A stretch of DNA of 63,326 nt, filler included, from Octopus bimaculoides (Eukaryota): NCBI RefSeq assembly GCF_001194135.2. It is 11 parts of 11 records of this genome, joined end to end, with 100 filler letters (N's around TTAATTAATTAA, not from the genome) between each part and the next. Parts side by side here need not be neighbours in the genome. Positions count along the whole stretch, not along the records: positions 33,703 to 45,088 come from NC_068986.1; positions 45,189 to 48,052 come from NC_068981.1; positions 48,153 to 53,776 come from NC_068987.1; 8 more parts are not named here. One strand, 5' to 3'. The position numbers and the translations under genes are program-made. Position 1 is the stretch's first letter, and every line of letters begins with the position of its first letter. This document shows, one piece after another, positions 37,378-50,394 of this stretch. The notes beneath the pieces are model-generated. The model did not search any database, was not told where the DNA came from, and saw only the letters and a program-made list of their open reading frames with translations.

Positions 37378-37568
37378 GTCACTACTGACGAGCCTACGAC
37401 AGATAGGTGAAACTAGTCTAATGTAGTGATCCTAGAGATGCCCATGGGGTGGTTAACTCCCCTATCAGTGTATATATATTGCGCGCTTCCTACAGCATTA
37501 AGAGTTTTAAACTCTTATTTCTTGCAATATAGGTGCTTCGGCAACTTCACTCAAAATTAGTGATGATA
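37378..37568 (+). mobile_element. Direct copy B of the hammerhead repeat
   Basis: GTCACTA-CTGACGA-GCCTA cgacaga TAGGT-GAAA-CTAGTCTA-ATG-TAGTGAT; cleavage triplet mutated; truncated by (CA)n. Confidence 0.85.
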
Positions 37569-37594
37569 CACACACACACACACACACGCACACA

Positions 37595-37626
<32 letters not shown>

Positions 37627-38457
37627 TTCTTGTGCATTACAAGCCTTAAATTGCTTGCCAAAGAATTCCACGTTTTAAGAACTCCGTGTGTATTTCCGTT
37701 CGTGTATAGTAATTTAATCCTTTGCTATGAAATCCGGATTTGAATGTTATACAGTGCATGTGTAGAAATAAGATAGGAGAGATTGTTAGTATGGTATTTA
37801 GTTATATCACCTTACATAAGTTTCATTGATGTTAGATGGTTATTGTTATAATCAAACCGTCAAAGACTTATAACGTAAATATACGTACGCTTTATCTCCA
37901 CGATGTTGAATTCAATCATCTTTTCAATCTAATAATGTCACGTATAAAAGCTACACGTCTCTGACGATTTGATAAGTTTTAATCATGTGATTTGCATGAT
38001 ATAACTGATAATTTCTTTATGTTAATGAAACGCATGTAAAAAATATAACTACACACCTTATAAAAAAATTCTCATGTTTAGTTTTGTTAATATATATATN
38101 NNNNNNNNNNNNNNNNNNNNNNNNNNNNNNNNNNNNNNNNNNNNNNNNNNNNNNNNNNNNNNNNNNNNNNNNNNNNNNNNNNNNNNNNNNNNNNNNNNNN
38201 NNNNNNNNNNNNNNNNNNNNNNNNNNNNNNNNNNNNNNNNNNNNNNNNNNNNNNNNNNNNNNNNNNNNNNNNNNNNNNNNNNNNNNNNNNNNNNNNNNNN
38301 NNNNNNNNNNNNNNNNNNNNNNNNNNNNNNNNNNNNNNNNNNNNNNNNNNNNNNNNNNNNNNNNNNNNNNNNNNNNNNNNNNNNNNNNNNNNNNNNNNNN
38401 NNNNNNNNNNNNNNNNNNNNNNNNNNNNNNNNNNNNNNNNNNNNNNNNNNNNNNNNN

Positions 38458-38499
<42 letters not shown>

Positions 38500-38577
38500 T
38501 GTGCATGCATGTGTGTGTGCGCGCATGTGTGTGTGCGCGCGTGTGCATGTGTGTGTGTATGTCTGTGCGTTTGTGTT

Positions 38578-38610
<33 letters not shown>

Positions 38611-38864
38611 ATATGTGTGTGTATACATGTATGTGCAACTATAGTTCATTAACTTATATGTGTCTGTGTGTATATGTATGTGTGTGCGTGTGTGAGTGGG
38701 TGTGTGTGCGTGCACGTGTGTGTGTGTTTGTGTGTGTATGTCTGTGTGTGTGTATATCATTATATGATCTTTAAATAGGTGCATATGTCAAAGACCACGT
38801 TTCACATATTTATTGTAACTACACACGTGCCATTGACGATTTCTTCTTCTTTGGACTTCTCACT

Positions 38865-38965
38865 TTTCCTTTCCGACGAAGAGCTATGCTCGAAATGTCA
38901 AACTCTCTCCTTTCACCGAGCTTCAGGCTAATACATTTCTTTTGTACGTCTATATTGTCCGTCTT
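38865..38965 (+). mobile_element. Penelope-like terminal repeat with decayed minimal hammerhead
   Basis: TTT-CCGACGA-A-GAGC-TAT-GCTC-GAAA-T-GTC-AAA; downstream sequence homologous to the reverse complement of 11260-11330. Confidence 0.55.
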
Positions 38966-38988
38966 TATTCTTTCATTTGAATTGACTC

Positions 38989-39037
<49 letters not shown>

Positions 39038-39999
39038 NNNNNNNNNNNNNNNNNNNNNNNNNNNNNNNNNNNNNNNNNNNNNNNNNNNNNNNNNNNNNNN
39101 NNNNNNNNNNNNNNNNNNNNNNNNNNNNNNNNNNNNNNNNNNNNNNNNNNNNNNNNNNNNNNNNNNNNNNNNNNNNNNNNNNNNNNNNNNNNNNNNNNNN
39201 NNNNNNNNNNNNNNNNNNNNNNNNNNNNNNNNNNNNNNNNNNNNNNNNNNNNNNNNNNNNNNNNNNNNNNNNNNNNNNNNNNNNNNNNNNNNNNNNNNNN
39301 NNNNNNNNNNNNNNNNNNNNNNNNNNNNNNNNNNNNNNNNNNNNNNNNNNNNNNNNNNNNNNNNNNNNNNNNNNNNNNNNNNNNNNNNNNNNNNNNNNNN
39401 NNNNNNNNNNNNNNNNNNNNNNNNNNNNNNNNNNNNNNNNNNNNNNNNNNNNNNNNNNNNNNNNNNNNNNNNNNNNNNNNNNNNNNNNNNNNNNNNNNNN
39501 NNNNNNNNNNNNNNNNNNNNNNNNNNNNNNNNNNNNNNNNNNNNNNNNNNNNNNNNNNNNNNNNNNNNNNNNNNNNNNNNNNNNNNNNNNNNNNNNNNNN
39601 NNNNNNNNNNNNNNNNNNNNNNNNNNNNNNNNNNNNNNNNNNNNNNNNNNNNNNNNNNNNNNNNNNNNNNNNNNNNNNNNNNNNNNNNNNNNNNNNNNNN
39701 NNNNNNNNNNNNNNNNNNNNNNNNNNNNNNNNNNNNNNNNNNNNNNNNNNNNNNNNNNNNNNNNNNNNNNNNNNNNNNNNNNNNNNNNNNNNNNNNNNNN
39801 NNNNNNNNNNNNNNNNNNNNNNNNNNNNNNNNNNNNNNNNNNNNNNNNNNNNNNNNNNNNNNNNNNNNNNNNNNNNNNNNNNNNNNNNNNNNNNNNNNNN
39901 NNNNNNNNNNNNNNNNNNNNNNNNNNNNNNNNNNNNNNNNNNNNNNNNNNNNNNNNNNNNNNNNNNNNNNNNNNNNNNNNNNNNNNNNNNNNNNNNNNG

Positions 40000-40324
40000 T
40001 ACAAATGGTCAAGAATGACTTTTTTCCACGGACACTACACTTATTTTCACTTCTTGGCCGAATAATTTTGTGGTGATTTTCCGAAATGGCGGCTCCCACT
40101 TTATGGATGATGTCATCATCAGCAGCGGAATGTGGTCGTCCATGAATAGGAACAATTTCCACCGATGTCTGACCACATTTGAACTGGCGATGCCAGGGCT
40201 TAACTACGTCGTATGATGGTGTACCGTCATCATAAACTTCTTTCATCTCTTCGAAAGTCTCTTTTGGTGTACGACCTTTCAAGTATAAGAACTTAATCAC
40301 TGATCTACATCCAACTGCCTCCAT
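40000..40324 (-). mobile_element. Mariner transposase N-terminal (HTH) remnant
   Basis: RSVIKFLYLKGRTPKETFEEMKEVYDDGTPSYDVVKPWHRQFKCGQTSVE..PIHGRP; the remainder lies in a gap. Confidence 0.85.
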
Positions 40325-40489
40325 TATAATATCTTAGTCCAGTTCAGCAGCCGTAAAAGGCAAACGAAAGCTAGTTGAAAGCTGCAATTTACAATGTAAC
40401 TTGTAGAGACATGTATATGATTATACCTGTATAAGTTCTATCTCCTGCATATATGTAAATGTTTGTATCTATCTATATGCATATAGATA

Positions 40490-40617
40490 GGGTGACTTTG
40501 CTTATCATCCTTTCGCAGTCAATAAAATGAGTATCAGCTGAGCACTGGGATTGATAACATTGACTAGACCTCTCTCTCTAAATTGATGGCCTTCTGCCAA
40601 AATTTGAAACCAATATT
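40490..40617 (+). mobile_element. SINE family A 3' half
   Basis: GACTTTGCTTATCATCCTTTCG...CCAAAATTTGAAAC. Confidence 0.7.
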
Positions 40618-41127
40618 TTGCAGAAATTTTGCAGCAGCTTCTGGCCTAAGCCTCTGAGTATGTAAGATGGCCCGCAACCAAAAGCGAACCACAAAGTCAT
40701 TAAACTCTTGCTAGCGCTTACGGTCCGGTATTGCTGCATATTAATTCAAACACTTTCGTTTACTCTTTCTTTCGTTCGTTCTTTGGCAGCACAAACAACA
40801 CACCCGCACAAACACATTATGTGGCATACGTGTTTAAGTAATTTGTTTAGTAATCTTTCTGTATAAGTTCGCTTCTATTTCCCAGTCTGACTTTACTTAT
40901 TTCCCTAGCGATATTATGCGGCTAATTTAATCTATTGACGTAAATAAAAGAAATTGCTGACCTACAACATGACATTTTTTCATCAGCATTTAAACAAAAT
41001 GCTTAAGAGACAAAAGGGAAAGTTAACCTTGATGAAAGTGAAGCTTGAGACGTAAGGGAACGTTACTACACACCATTGGGTACTGGTGTATGTCTGTTAT
41101 TCTACCGATTCTGCAAATTTACCGCCC

Positions 41128-41236
<109 letters not shown>

Positions 41237-41539
41237 TCTACAATAAGCACANNNNNNNNNNNNNNNNNNNNNNNNNNNNNNNNNNNNNNNNNNNNNNNNN
41301 NNNNNNNNNNNNNNNNNNNNNNNNNNNNNNNNNNNNNNNNNNNNNNNNNNNNNNNNNNNNNNNNNNNNNNNNNNNNNNNNNNNNNNNNNNNNNNNNNNNN
41401 NNNNNNNNNNNNNNNNNNNNNNNNNNNNNNNNNNNNNNNNNNNNNNNNNNNNNNNNNNNNNNNNNNNNNNNNNNNNNNNNNNNNNNNNNNNNNNNNNNNN
41501 NNNNNNNNNNNNNNNNNNNNNNNNNATAATAACAATAAC

Positions 41540-41628
<89 letters not shown>

Positions 41629-42244
41629 CAACAAGCAGTGATCTCAGGTTCAATTAATTTCAGATGTACCGTATCAAGATTTTCGCATACAGGGATAGTA
41701 GCAGAATAGCATTTCTCGAGAACAAGGAGAGTGGAATTGGAGGAACGATCGATGTACAACGATTTAACCCAAGGCGTTCTGTGATAGCAAAAATCTCAGA
41801 AACTTCGATAAACAGGGCTATTGCTGAGGCGGAATCATTGTTCGACTTTTAAAAAAATTGCATGTGGAAAATTTGTCTAACTGATATTTGCTTTGCCTTC
41901 TTCTCATACGCTTTGTTACAATCCATTATAATAAGTGGAGTTGATGTGATTTAGTAACAGGATTCGTAATAACTTAAACGTCTGGCAAATATTACTAAAA
42001 AATTAACAACAATAACACAAACAGGAAAAGTAGCAATATCAAAAGCCGTTGTTTCGTATAATTTGAAGTAATTATTTTTTACTCCGGTGTTCCGATTGTA
42101 AATAATAAAAATCAGAAAACTTACTTTTCAAGTCTTTATTGATTGTTTTCTTTACTTTTGCTAATAATGTCTGAAACCATCATCGTTGGTGACTTTAATG
42201 TTCGCAGCTCTTGATTCGAGCCTACTAATTGTAGGCCTCTAATT

Positions 42245-42430
42245 GGTAGTTCGACTTCCTAAAAAGTAGCAAGCAAATCATCCCTCTACCACAGACTACA
42301 ATATATTAGACAGCAAGAATCATCGGATAATCAAGTCCCAAGCACAGTAAGTCTGGAGAAAAATAACCGGCTGGTCACGATTGTAATATCGTTTGACATA
42401 GTTAAAGGGTATTAAAAGCTCATCTGGAGC
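42245..42430 (+). repeat. Decayed family D copy
   Basis: GGTCACGATTGTAATATCGTTTGACATAG resembles the family D segment at about 1730-1765. Confidence 0.4.
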
Positions 42431-43820
42431 GGTATCAAAAGGTGAACATCAGGTGATGTTCACCTTCTGATACAGCTGGGACTGAATTGTCTGCTATTTT
42501 GTACTATCTCTACCGGACAAAACCGTTATGTATCCGTATCCTTGAGCAATACACCGACCCTCCAAGCCCACCTCGACTTAGTTCCCTCCTTCGAATCCAA
42601 CATAAGACCTATTTTTCTCCCTCGAAACGAACCTTTCAAAGGTCAGATTACAACAATGTATGTTTTGTTAGCTATGGTGTATCCCAAGTTTCCGTTTTTA
42701 TATCTTACACTATTTTAACTGTACACACTAATTGTACACACTAACTGTCTAAATTCAGTACTACTTGGTATATTTCTTACCTTTTGACCCGACCCTGTAA
42801 TGTTCACGAGTTAGACCGCTACAATTCACGTTCTACTATCCGTGGTGTATCCCAAGATGCACTTATGTATCCCACACTATTCATCAGATCCAATTGCTGT
42901 TACTTTGCACTATACATTCTACTGCAGATTCGACACAACTTTCGAATTTTCTTTATACTTATGCGTGTAAGCATCATCTACACATCGTAGACACCTCCCA
43001 AAAGGCAAAAATCTGCAAACATGACCAGAGGCATTTAAAATGCACAAATACTCGCATGTACATGCACTCAAACACGCACGCACACGCACACGCACACACA
43101 CACACACACACACACACGATTGTCTTCGAAACTTATCATTCGTTATAGAAAAGTAGTGCCACTGGAAAACAAAGGTGCTTCAACTGAAATGGCATAGAAG
43201 ATGGGACAATGGAAATGTATTGAAATGAAAAACGTCTCCCTGGGCACAAACTAGTTACAGTGGCTTCGGTCACATAGGCCGATGACTCATATGGTGCTAC
43301 AGAGTTTTGGTGCAGCCAAACTTCGTTATTGCAACATTTGTAGATTGTGAGATTGGACGGAAATAAGCAGAAGAGAACTGGGGAACTCTGATGAACAGTT
43401 GACAGCACCGTCAACTATCGAGTGAACTAACTTGTACCAACTGGATTAGGTTGGTACTTATTGATGGGACTCGGAGGTACAGTGTTATTGTTGAAGGCCA
43501 GCATGGCTCGATTACAAATTCAGTCACGATTTCTATAATTCAGTATAATTCAGACTTCGATAAGCTTTTAATTTGAATTTTTTTGAAAGGTAATTGATGA
43601 GCGTTCGACGGTCTGTTTTATTTATATTTGAAACATGTTCAAAATTATAGATATATTTTAATCCAAAGAGTATGGAACCTGAATATGAGCAAAGTTAAAT
43701 GTTAAACAATGAAAGAATAAATTATTTATTTATATTCTGTCGTATTTGAAGCCAGCACGAAATTTTCCAAAGCATGATTTTTTTAATGTGGAATTTTAAT
43801 AAAGACATTGATCCAAATGA

Positions 43821-43863
<43 letters not shown>

Positions 43864-44029
43864 CTTTAGCATTACTGTATAAGTGTATAAGTAATTAATT
43901 GGTTATTTTATATTAATTATTAATTCGGTTAAGTATTTATTGGGTTTAATTTTCATTGGGAAGATTAAGGAATAAACATTAACATTAACATCCTTTAATT
44001 TCAGCATTTTTCTTTCCTTTTTTTTTTTA

Positions 44030-44422
<393 letters not shown>

Positions 44423-44744
44423 GTTGAATAATGAAACAACACACGCTCATACACACACATACATACATTATCAGTTTATGAGAGACAGAGAGAACGAGTG
44501 GGAGAAAGAGAGAGAGAGAGAATTTAAGAACGACTGCAGGATGAGGAATAAAGTCTGACGTGAAAAACTAACAATGTTTCTGTACCTCACACTAAAAACA
44601 TTTGTCTACGGCTTGACTCAGCTCTGTTTCACAGTTAGAGAACATTTGAATATATATTTATGGATAACTCTGAGTTACATCTGGATCTGTCAAAGGAATT
44701 TAGCAAAAATTTGTGGAAAAAATGGTGACATTGCTTCAAGATAG

Positions 44745-44965
44745 TCAAAACATCACCGCATATATATATATAAATGATAAATGCGCCCTTTTAAAACCTA
44801 GCCATGCTCATGGGTCCGGTTTCCCGGTTTCAATGGCGTATGTGTTCCCCAACTGGACAGGACGCCACTCCATCGCAGCGTTACTCATTTTTGCCAGCTG
44901 AGTGGACTGGAGCAACGTGAAATGAAGTGTTTTGCTCAAGAACACAACGCGTCACCCTGTCCAGG
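44745..44965 (-). mobile_element. SINE family C
   Basis: TTTTGCCAGCTGAGTGGACTGGAGCAACGTGAAATGAAGTGTTTTGCTCAAGAACACAACGCG. Confidence 0.8.
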
Positions 44966-45188
44966 AATATATATATATATATATAAGTAAATTCAAAAAC
45001 GGATAAAACTCTTTTACAAGAATTTTATCAAGAAGCCAGTGTGTAAAAAAATTCATAAGGGAAATATCTATTCCCAAGAATATAATTANNNNNNNNNNNN
45101 NNNNNNNNNNNNNNNNNNNNNNNNNNNNNNNNTTAATTAATTAANNNNNNNNNNNNNNNNNNNNNNNNNNNNNNNNNNNNNNNNNNNN

Positions 45189-45791
45189 AAAAATCAAACA
45201 TCCAATCAACTTGCTGTTTGGAGTGATCACTAGAGATGGCGATGTTATGTCTCCATTCATGTTCCCACATGGCCTCAAACTCAACACGGAGGCCTACATC
45301 ATGTGCCTGGAGGAGGTCGTGCTGCCTTAGGTCAAGAGGGTGGCTGCTGGAAGACTCCATGTCTGACAATAGGGCTCTGCACCATGCCACACAAGCATAA
45401 CCCCGTCATGGTGTCAGACAATTTCTGCGACAACATCACCCCTAAAATCAAGCCATCTAACTCCCCAGACTGCAACAACCTTGATTATTTTGTGTGGGAT
45501 GCAGTTGAGTGAGAGACCAACAACTCCTAGTACCACCAAAGATGAACTGAAAGCAAAGATTATGGCAGTATTCACCAACTTAAACAAGAAGACCGTCCAG
45601 AAGAGCTCCAGGAAATTTCGAAGTCGTCTGGAGACTGTGGTTGAAGCCAATGGCGATTTTATTGAATAAATTTGCTCTTTAGTATTTCAAGATATTTTTA
45701 TGTAATTTTGGTAAATTTATCTGTTAAAATGAGATGTCAGTATTATTTTCATTTTTGCGTATTTTGACGACAATTTATTCATCACACCCTG
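45189..45791 (+). mobile_element. DD37D/maT-type Tc1/mariner transposase remnant with right TIR
   Basis: KIKHP..FGVITRDGDVMSPFMFPHGLKLNTEAY...SPDCNNLDYFVWDAVE...RLETVVEANGDFIE*; ends ...CACACCCTG then TA. Confidence 0.88.
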
Positions 45792-45793
45792 TA

Positions 45794-47146
45794 CATACAT
45801 ATGGTATTACCGCATAAGAGCAGTACTCCTTTACAATTGACTAATAATGGGAGGTGCTTTTTCAGTAATTTTTTGTGCTTTGCATCTACTTGACGGCGAT
45901 ACTTCTCCGCACTGTTTCGTTTTGGTTAAACACTTAATGAGAGATGACACTCTCCATATTCAATCGAACGCAGAACATAAATTTCTCGAGTGCAAGCCTG
46001 CTTTTTGAAGTGGATTCTCCTTTTTTATTAGTGCTAACCATTGTCATTTTTGTAGGATATGATTACAGAAAGCGAACTTTCCGTCACTTGTGATGATTCT
46101 AGCGAGGAAAGGTTCCGTAGCATGTCTACTCTTCAATGTCAAGCAGAGGGAAAGTTTTTTATTAAGCTGGGAAGTATTCAGAGGATGAGGGACATACTGA
46201 CCTACTTTTGACAATTTTTCTAGTTTATGAAAGTATTTTATGAACATTGGATTGTTTTGCTAACTCTTGCAGTTTGCTTTGGATTTTCCTGATCTACAAC
46301 GGGTTTCAGAAGCTTAAATTTGACATAACCGGGTCGTCCACATGAAGAGGGAATCTTCGAGGGAAAAATTTACCGAGCGAAGCTGGCCAAATCATCGATT
46401 GCAAGACCGGATACGTAAAGCTTAGTGTCTATAGTTGGCACTCCGTCGGTTACGACGACGAAGGTTCCAGTTGATCCGATCAACGGAACAGCCTGCTCGT
46501 AAAATTAACGCGCAAGTGGCTGTGCACTCCACAGACACGTGTACCCTTAAGGTAGTTCTCGGGGGAGATTCAGCGTGACACAGAGTGTGACAAGGCTGGC
46601 CCTTTGAAATACAGGTACAACTGAACAGGAAGATAGAGTGAGAGAAAGTTGTGGTGAAAGAGTACAGCAGGGTTCGTCACCACCCACTACCGGAACCTCA
46701 TGGAGCTTTAGGTGTTTTCGCTCAAAAAACACTCACAACGCCCGGTCNNNNNNNNNNGCAGGGTTCGTCACCACCCACTACCGGAACCTCATGGAGCTTT
46801 AGGTGTTTTCGCTCAAAAAACACTCACAACGCCCGGTCTGGGAATCGAAACCGCGATCCTACGACCGCGAGTCCGCTGCCCTAACCACTGTGCCATTGCA
46901 CCCCCACTGTGTCTATAGACAGAACGAATATTTCTAGCCAGAATTCACACACCATGCATAAATCTGAGCTAAACTCATTTTAAAAGGGTTAAAACTGCAT
47001 TGAATTTAACCACGATGGTATGAAGTAATCTGCAAAGAAAACCATATTAGAATGAAAAAAATAATGCTTATTTTTAGCGTAAGGATTGAAAAAGTTCCCT
47101 CAAAGTTTTCGTGCCAAAAATACGACAGAGTTTTCTTTCAAACCTA

Positions 47147-47147
<1 letters not shown>
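45794..47147 (-). mobile_element. Decayed mariner element interrupted by a SINE
   Basis: Left TIR TTAGGTTTGAAAGAAAACTCTGTCG; ARNIRSVY..FSLED..GRP; QYVPHPL; PFLARIITSDGK; KGVLLLCGN. Confidence 0.85.
46435..46908 (-). mobile_element. Full-length tRNA-derived SINE (family C-related) with 10-bp TSD
   Basis: Head TGGCACAGTGG...GGTTTCGATTCC; TSD GTGTCTATAG at 46425-46434 and 46909-46918; the internal 81-bp duplication around the 10-N gap is an artefact. Confidence 0.92.
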
Positions 47148-47181
<34 letters not shown>

Positions 47182-47893
47182 CCGATTTAGTACGCTGCAG
47201 TCATTCCTGGTGACATTTCAGAAGATAGGCAATATTCTTCACACAGTTATATGTTATTTCTAGCACAATAAGAACCACAATGCAGAGAAGTTTTAGCGTC
47301 AGATTTAAGCTAGTTAGCTTCCATGAGAATGGGCGCGGTAGGCAAGTGACAGTTCTGTGTGTTTTGATTGGCTGGCAAAGTGAAAATTGATCCTAAAAGT
47401 TTGGTTCATGTGTTTTAAAAGATAAGAAACGGAAAGTGAAAACTAAAAAATTAAAGGAAAACTGGTATTAATAGCATACAAATACAAGTATAGACACTTA
47501 CATTATAGACACATGTGAAAATATAGTTATATATATATAGATGTAATAAACATATTACAATAGTTATGAGATATATATGGTTACCTATGTATGTATACAT
47601 ATATGGTTGCATATACAAACATGCGTCATATGTGTGTGTGTATGTGTGTGTGTGTGTGCACATGCAATTATACATATATGTTTGCATGTGTGTGCATGCA
47701 TACAATTATACGTATATGTTTGTGTGCGTATATAGACACGCACACAACTATGTACAAACATGTTTCTATATATATTTACGTACACCTATATTCATAGGTA
47801 TGTATTTATGTATGTATGTATATATGTATATATATGAGTGTATATATATGTATATATATACATGTATATGTACATATATATATGTGTTTCATT

Positions 47894-47924
<31 letters not shown>

Positions 47925-48021
47925 GTATATATATATATATGTATATATATACATATATATACTTATATATACATATATACATATATATACTTATATATAC
48001 ATATATACATATATATACATA

Positions 48022-48052
<31 letters not shown>

Positions 48053-48277
48053 NNNNNNNNNNNNNNNNNNNNNNNNNNNNNNNNNNNNNNNNNNNNTTAA
48101 TTAATTAANNNNNNNNNNNNNNNNNNNNNNNNNNNNNNNNNNNNNNNNNNNNACACACACACACACACACACACACATGCACACATATGGGTTCATTTCC
48201 GTTTTCATTAAAATTTTAAAAATACTTTTTAGTATTAGATACCCCTTTAACTTTGTTCGCATGCTGAGGTATTTTCT

Positions 48278-48672
48278 ATTCTTTTTTCTTTTGTTTCAGT
48301 CATTTGACTGCAGCCATGCTGGAGCGCCGCCTTTAATCGAAACATATCGACCCCAGGATTTATTCTTTGTAAGTCTAGTACTTATTCTATCGATCTCTTT
48401 TTCCGAACCGCTATGTTACGGGGACGTAAACACACCAGCATAAGTTGTCAAGCGATGTTGGAAGGACAAACACAGACACACAAACACACATATATATATA
48501 CATATATACGACGGGCTTCTTTCAGTTTCCGTCTACCAAATCCACTCACAAGTCTTTGGTCGGCTCGAGGCTATAGTAAAAGACACTTGCCCTAGGTGCC
48601 ACGCAGTGGGACTGAGCCCGTAACCATGTGGTTGGTAAGCAAGCTACTTAACGCACAGCCACTCCTGTGCCT
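48278..48672 (-). mobile_element. Full-length SINE family B
   Basis: Complete head, CORE-like domain and tail. Confidence 0.95.
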
Positions 48673-49822
48673 ATGAGTGAGTGTTTTTTTTTTAATGCAT
48701 TATTCCTGTTGTTAATTTTTTTTTAAATCTATTAAAATAAGATAACATTACCTTCTATGAGCTGGAAAAATATATCAAATTTCCATCCCTAATATATATT
48801 CTTCCTCCCATTCTATATAATAGTCTTTTCAACCTCCCTTATTATCTTCTAATATTTTTATGGTCGGTCGGAACTCTGTTGTTCAGCTATTTAAAGAATA
48901 AAAACACTATAAATTAACCTCTCATCCCCTATTCTGCATTCCGCCTCCCACATTATATATCGTTTTACTTCTTTCATTATCTTTTAAAGTTTTTTTTTTA
49001 CTTAAATCACATGATTTTACGTCATGTGATTTAAAAATTAAAAATGAAATAAAATAACCTTTTCTTTTGAAGTTAGAGCAGAATATCTCAGTCTCACCCC
49101 TATTCTCTTCTCTTACTCCCACTACTACTTCTTCCTTACCTCCCTACTCGATTCTATCACCCAAATGAGTTTCCTGTATAAACTACTATCTAGGATAAAC
49201 AAATCATTATTTGGCTGAAGCTAGTCAGGAATCATGAAGTGACATAATGTTGGCTATTGGAAAATTCTTGTAAAATGTTTAATTCGTGTATATTCACCTG
49301 ATGAAGAAATTTTTTCGCACCATTTAACAACTCCATTCATCAATAAAAAAAAAGCTCGTTTGAAACAGCTGTAGTGAATGAACCAATTTCCATCTATTGT
49401 TATAAATAAATATATANNNNNNNNNNNNNNNNNNNNNNNNNNNNNNNNNNNNNNNNNNNNNNNNNNNNNNNNNNNNNNNNNNNNNNNNNNNNNNNNNNNN
49501 NNNNNNNNNNNNNNNNNNNNNNNNNNNNNNNNNNNNNNNNNNNNNNNNNNNNNNNNNNNNNNNNNNNNNNNNNNNNNNNNNNNNNNNNNNNNNNNNNNNN
49601 NNNNNNNNNNNNNNNNNNNNNNNNNNNNNNNNNNNNNNNNNNNNNNNNNNNNNNNNNNNNNNNNNNNNNNNNNNNNNNNNNNNNNNNNNNNNNNNNNNNN
49701 NNNNNNNNNNNNNNNNNNNNNNNNNNNNNNNNNNNNNNNNNNNNNNNNNNNNNNNNNNNNNNNNNNNNNNNNNNNNNNNNNNNNNNNNNNNNNNNNNNNN
49801 NNNNNNNNNNNNNNNNNNNNNN

Positions 49823-49853
<31 letters not shown>

Positions 49854-49911
49854 AGAGAGAGACCAAAGTGTACGTACGCCGCTATATGTATATAAAGAAG
49901 AATATGAAAAA

Positions 49912-50218
49912 ATGGGACAAGAATGCAACCGGCAACAACAAAACATCCAGAGAGTTAGATGATACAAATAGGTACATGAATAAACAAGAACGGGTCATTC
50001 AGAGTTTTCTTTCGTCAGTCCAGTTCCATATTATCTTTGCAGTTTCGGCTGGTTATATTAAGGATTGCTCGAATCTGGTCAGTCCCAAGGAAAAATGCAA
50101 GCTAAGATCACTAGATTCCTTGGAAGAAAGCAGTGAATGTATACGAAAATAACGACGGAAAAAAAACGGAATAATGGTACACAAATACAAATGTAAACAA
50201 CAGGACATTAAATTAAGC
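49912..50218 (+). repeat. Unclassified interspersed repeat, family E
   Basis: Homologous to 50237-50394 (-) and 60850-61104 (-). Confidence 0.8.
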
Positions 50219-50236
50219 TGGTGTGTGTCGAAGTGA

Positions 50237-50394
50237 AGCAGTCTCGAGTATAACCAGACGAAACTGCAAAGATAATCTGGAACTCGACTGACGAAAGAAA
50301 ACTCCGAATGACCCGTCCTTGTTTTCTCATGTCCTTTTTTGTATCATCCGACTGTCTGGATGATTCGTTGTCACCTGTTGCGTTCTTGTCCCAT
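50237..50394 (-). repeat. Family E copy, inverted relative to 49912-50068
   Basis: Reverse complement ATGGGACAAGAACGCAAC...GGTTATACTCGAGACTGCT aligns with the plus copy. Confidence 0.85.

Noticed and set aside
42439-42466. Perfect 13-bp inverted repeat AAGGTGAACATCA-GG-TGATGTTCACCTT
   Set aside because: Isolated, at the end of a decayed repeat; no terminator or functional context.
43200-43430. Possible RTE C-terminal remnant (FGHIGR...GRK...W)
   Set aside because: Too few conserved residues to call by eye.
50280-50320. CTGACGA...GAAT in family E (CTGAGGA at about 60988) as a hammerhead
   Set aside because: No GAAA, no convincing stem II, and no stem I or III partner in any topology I could draw.
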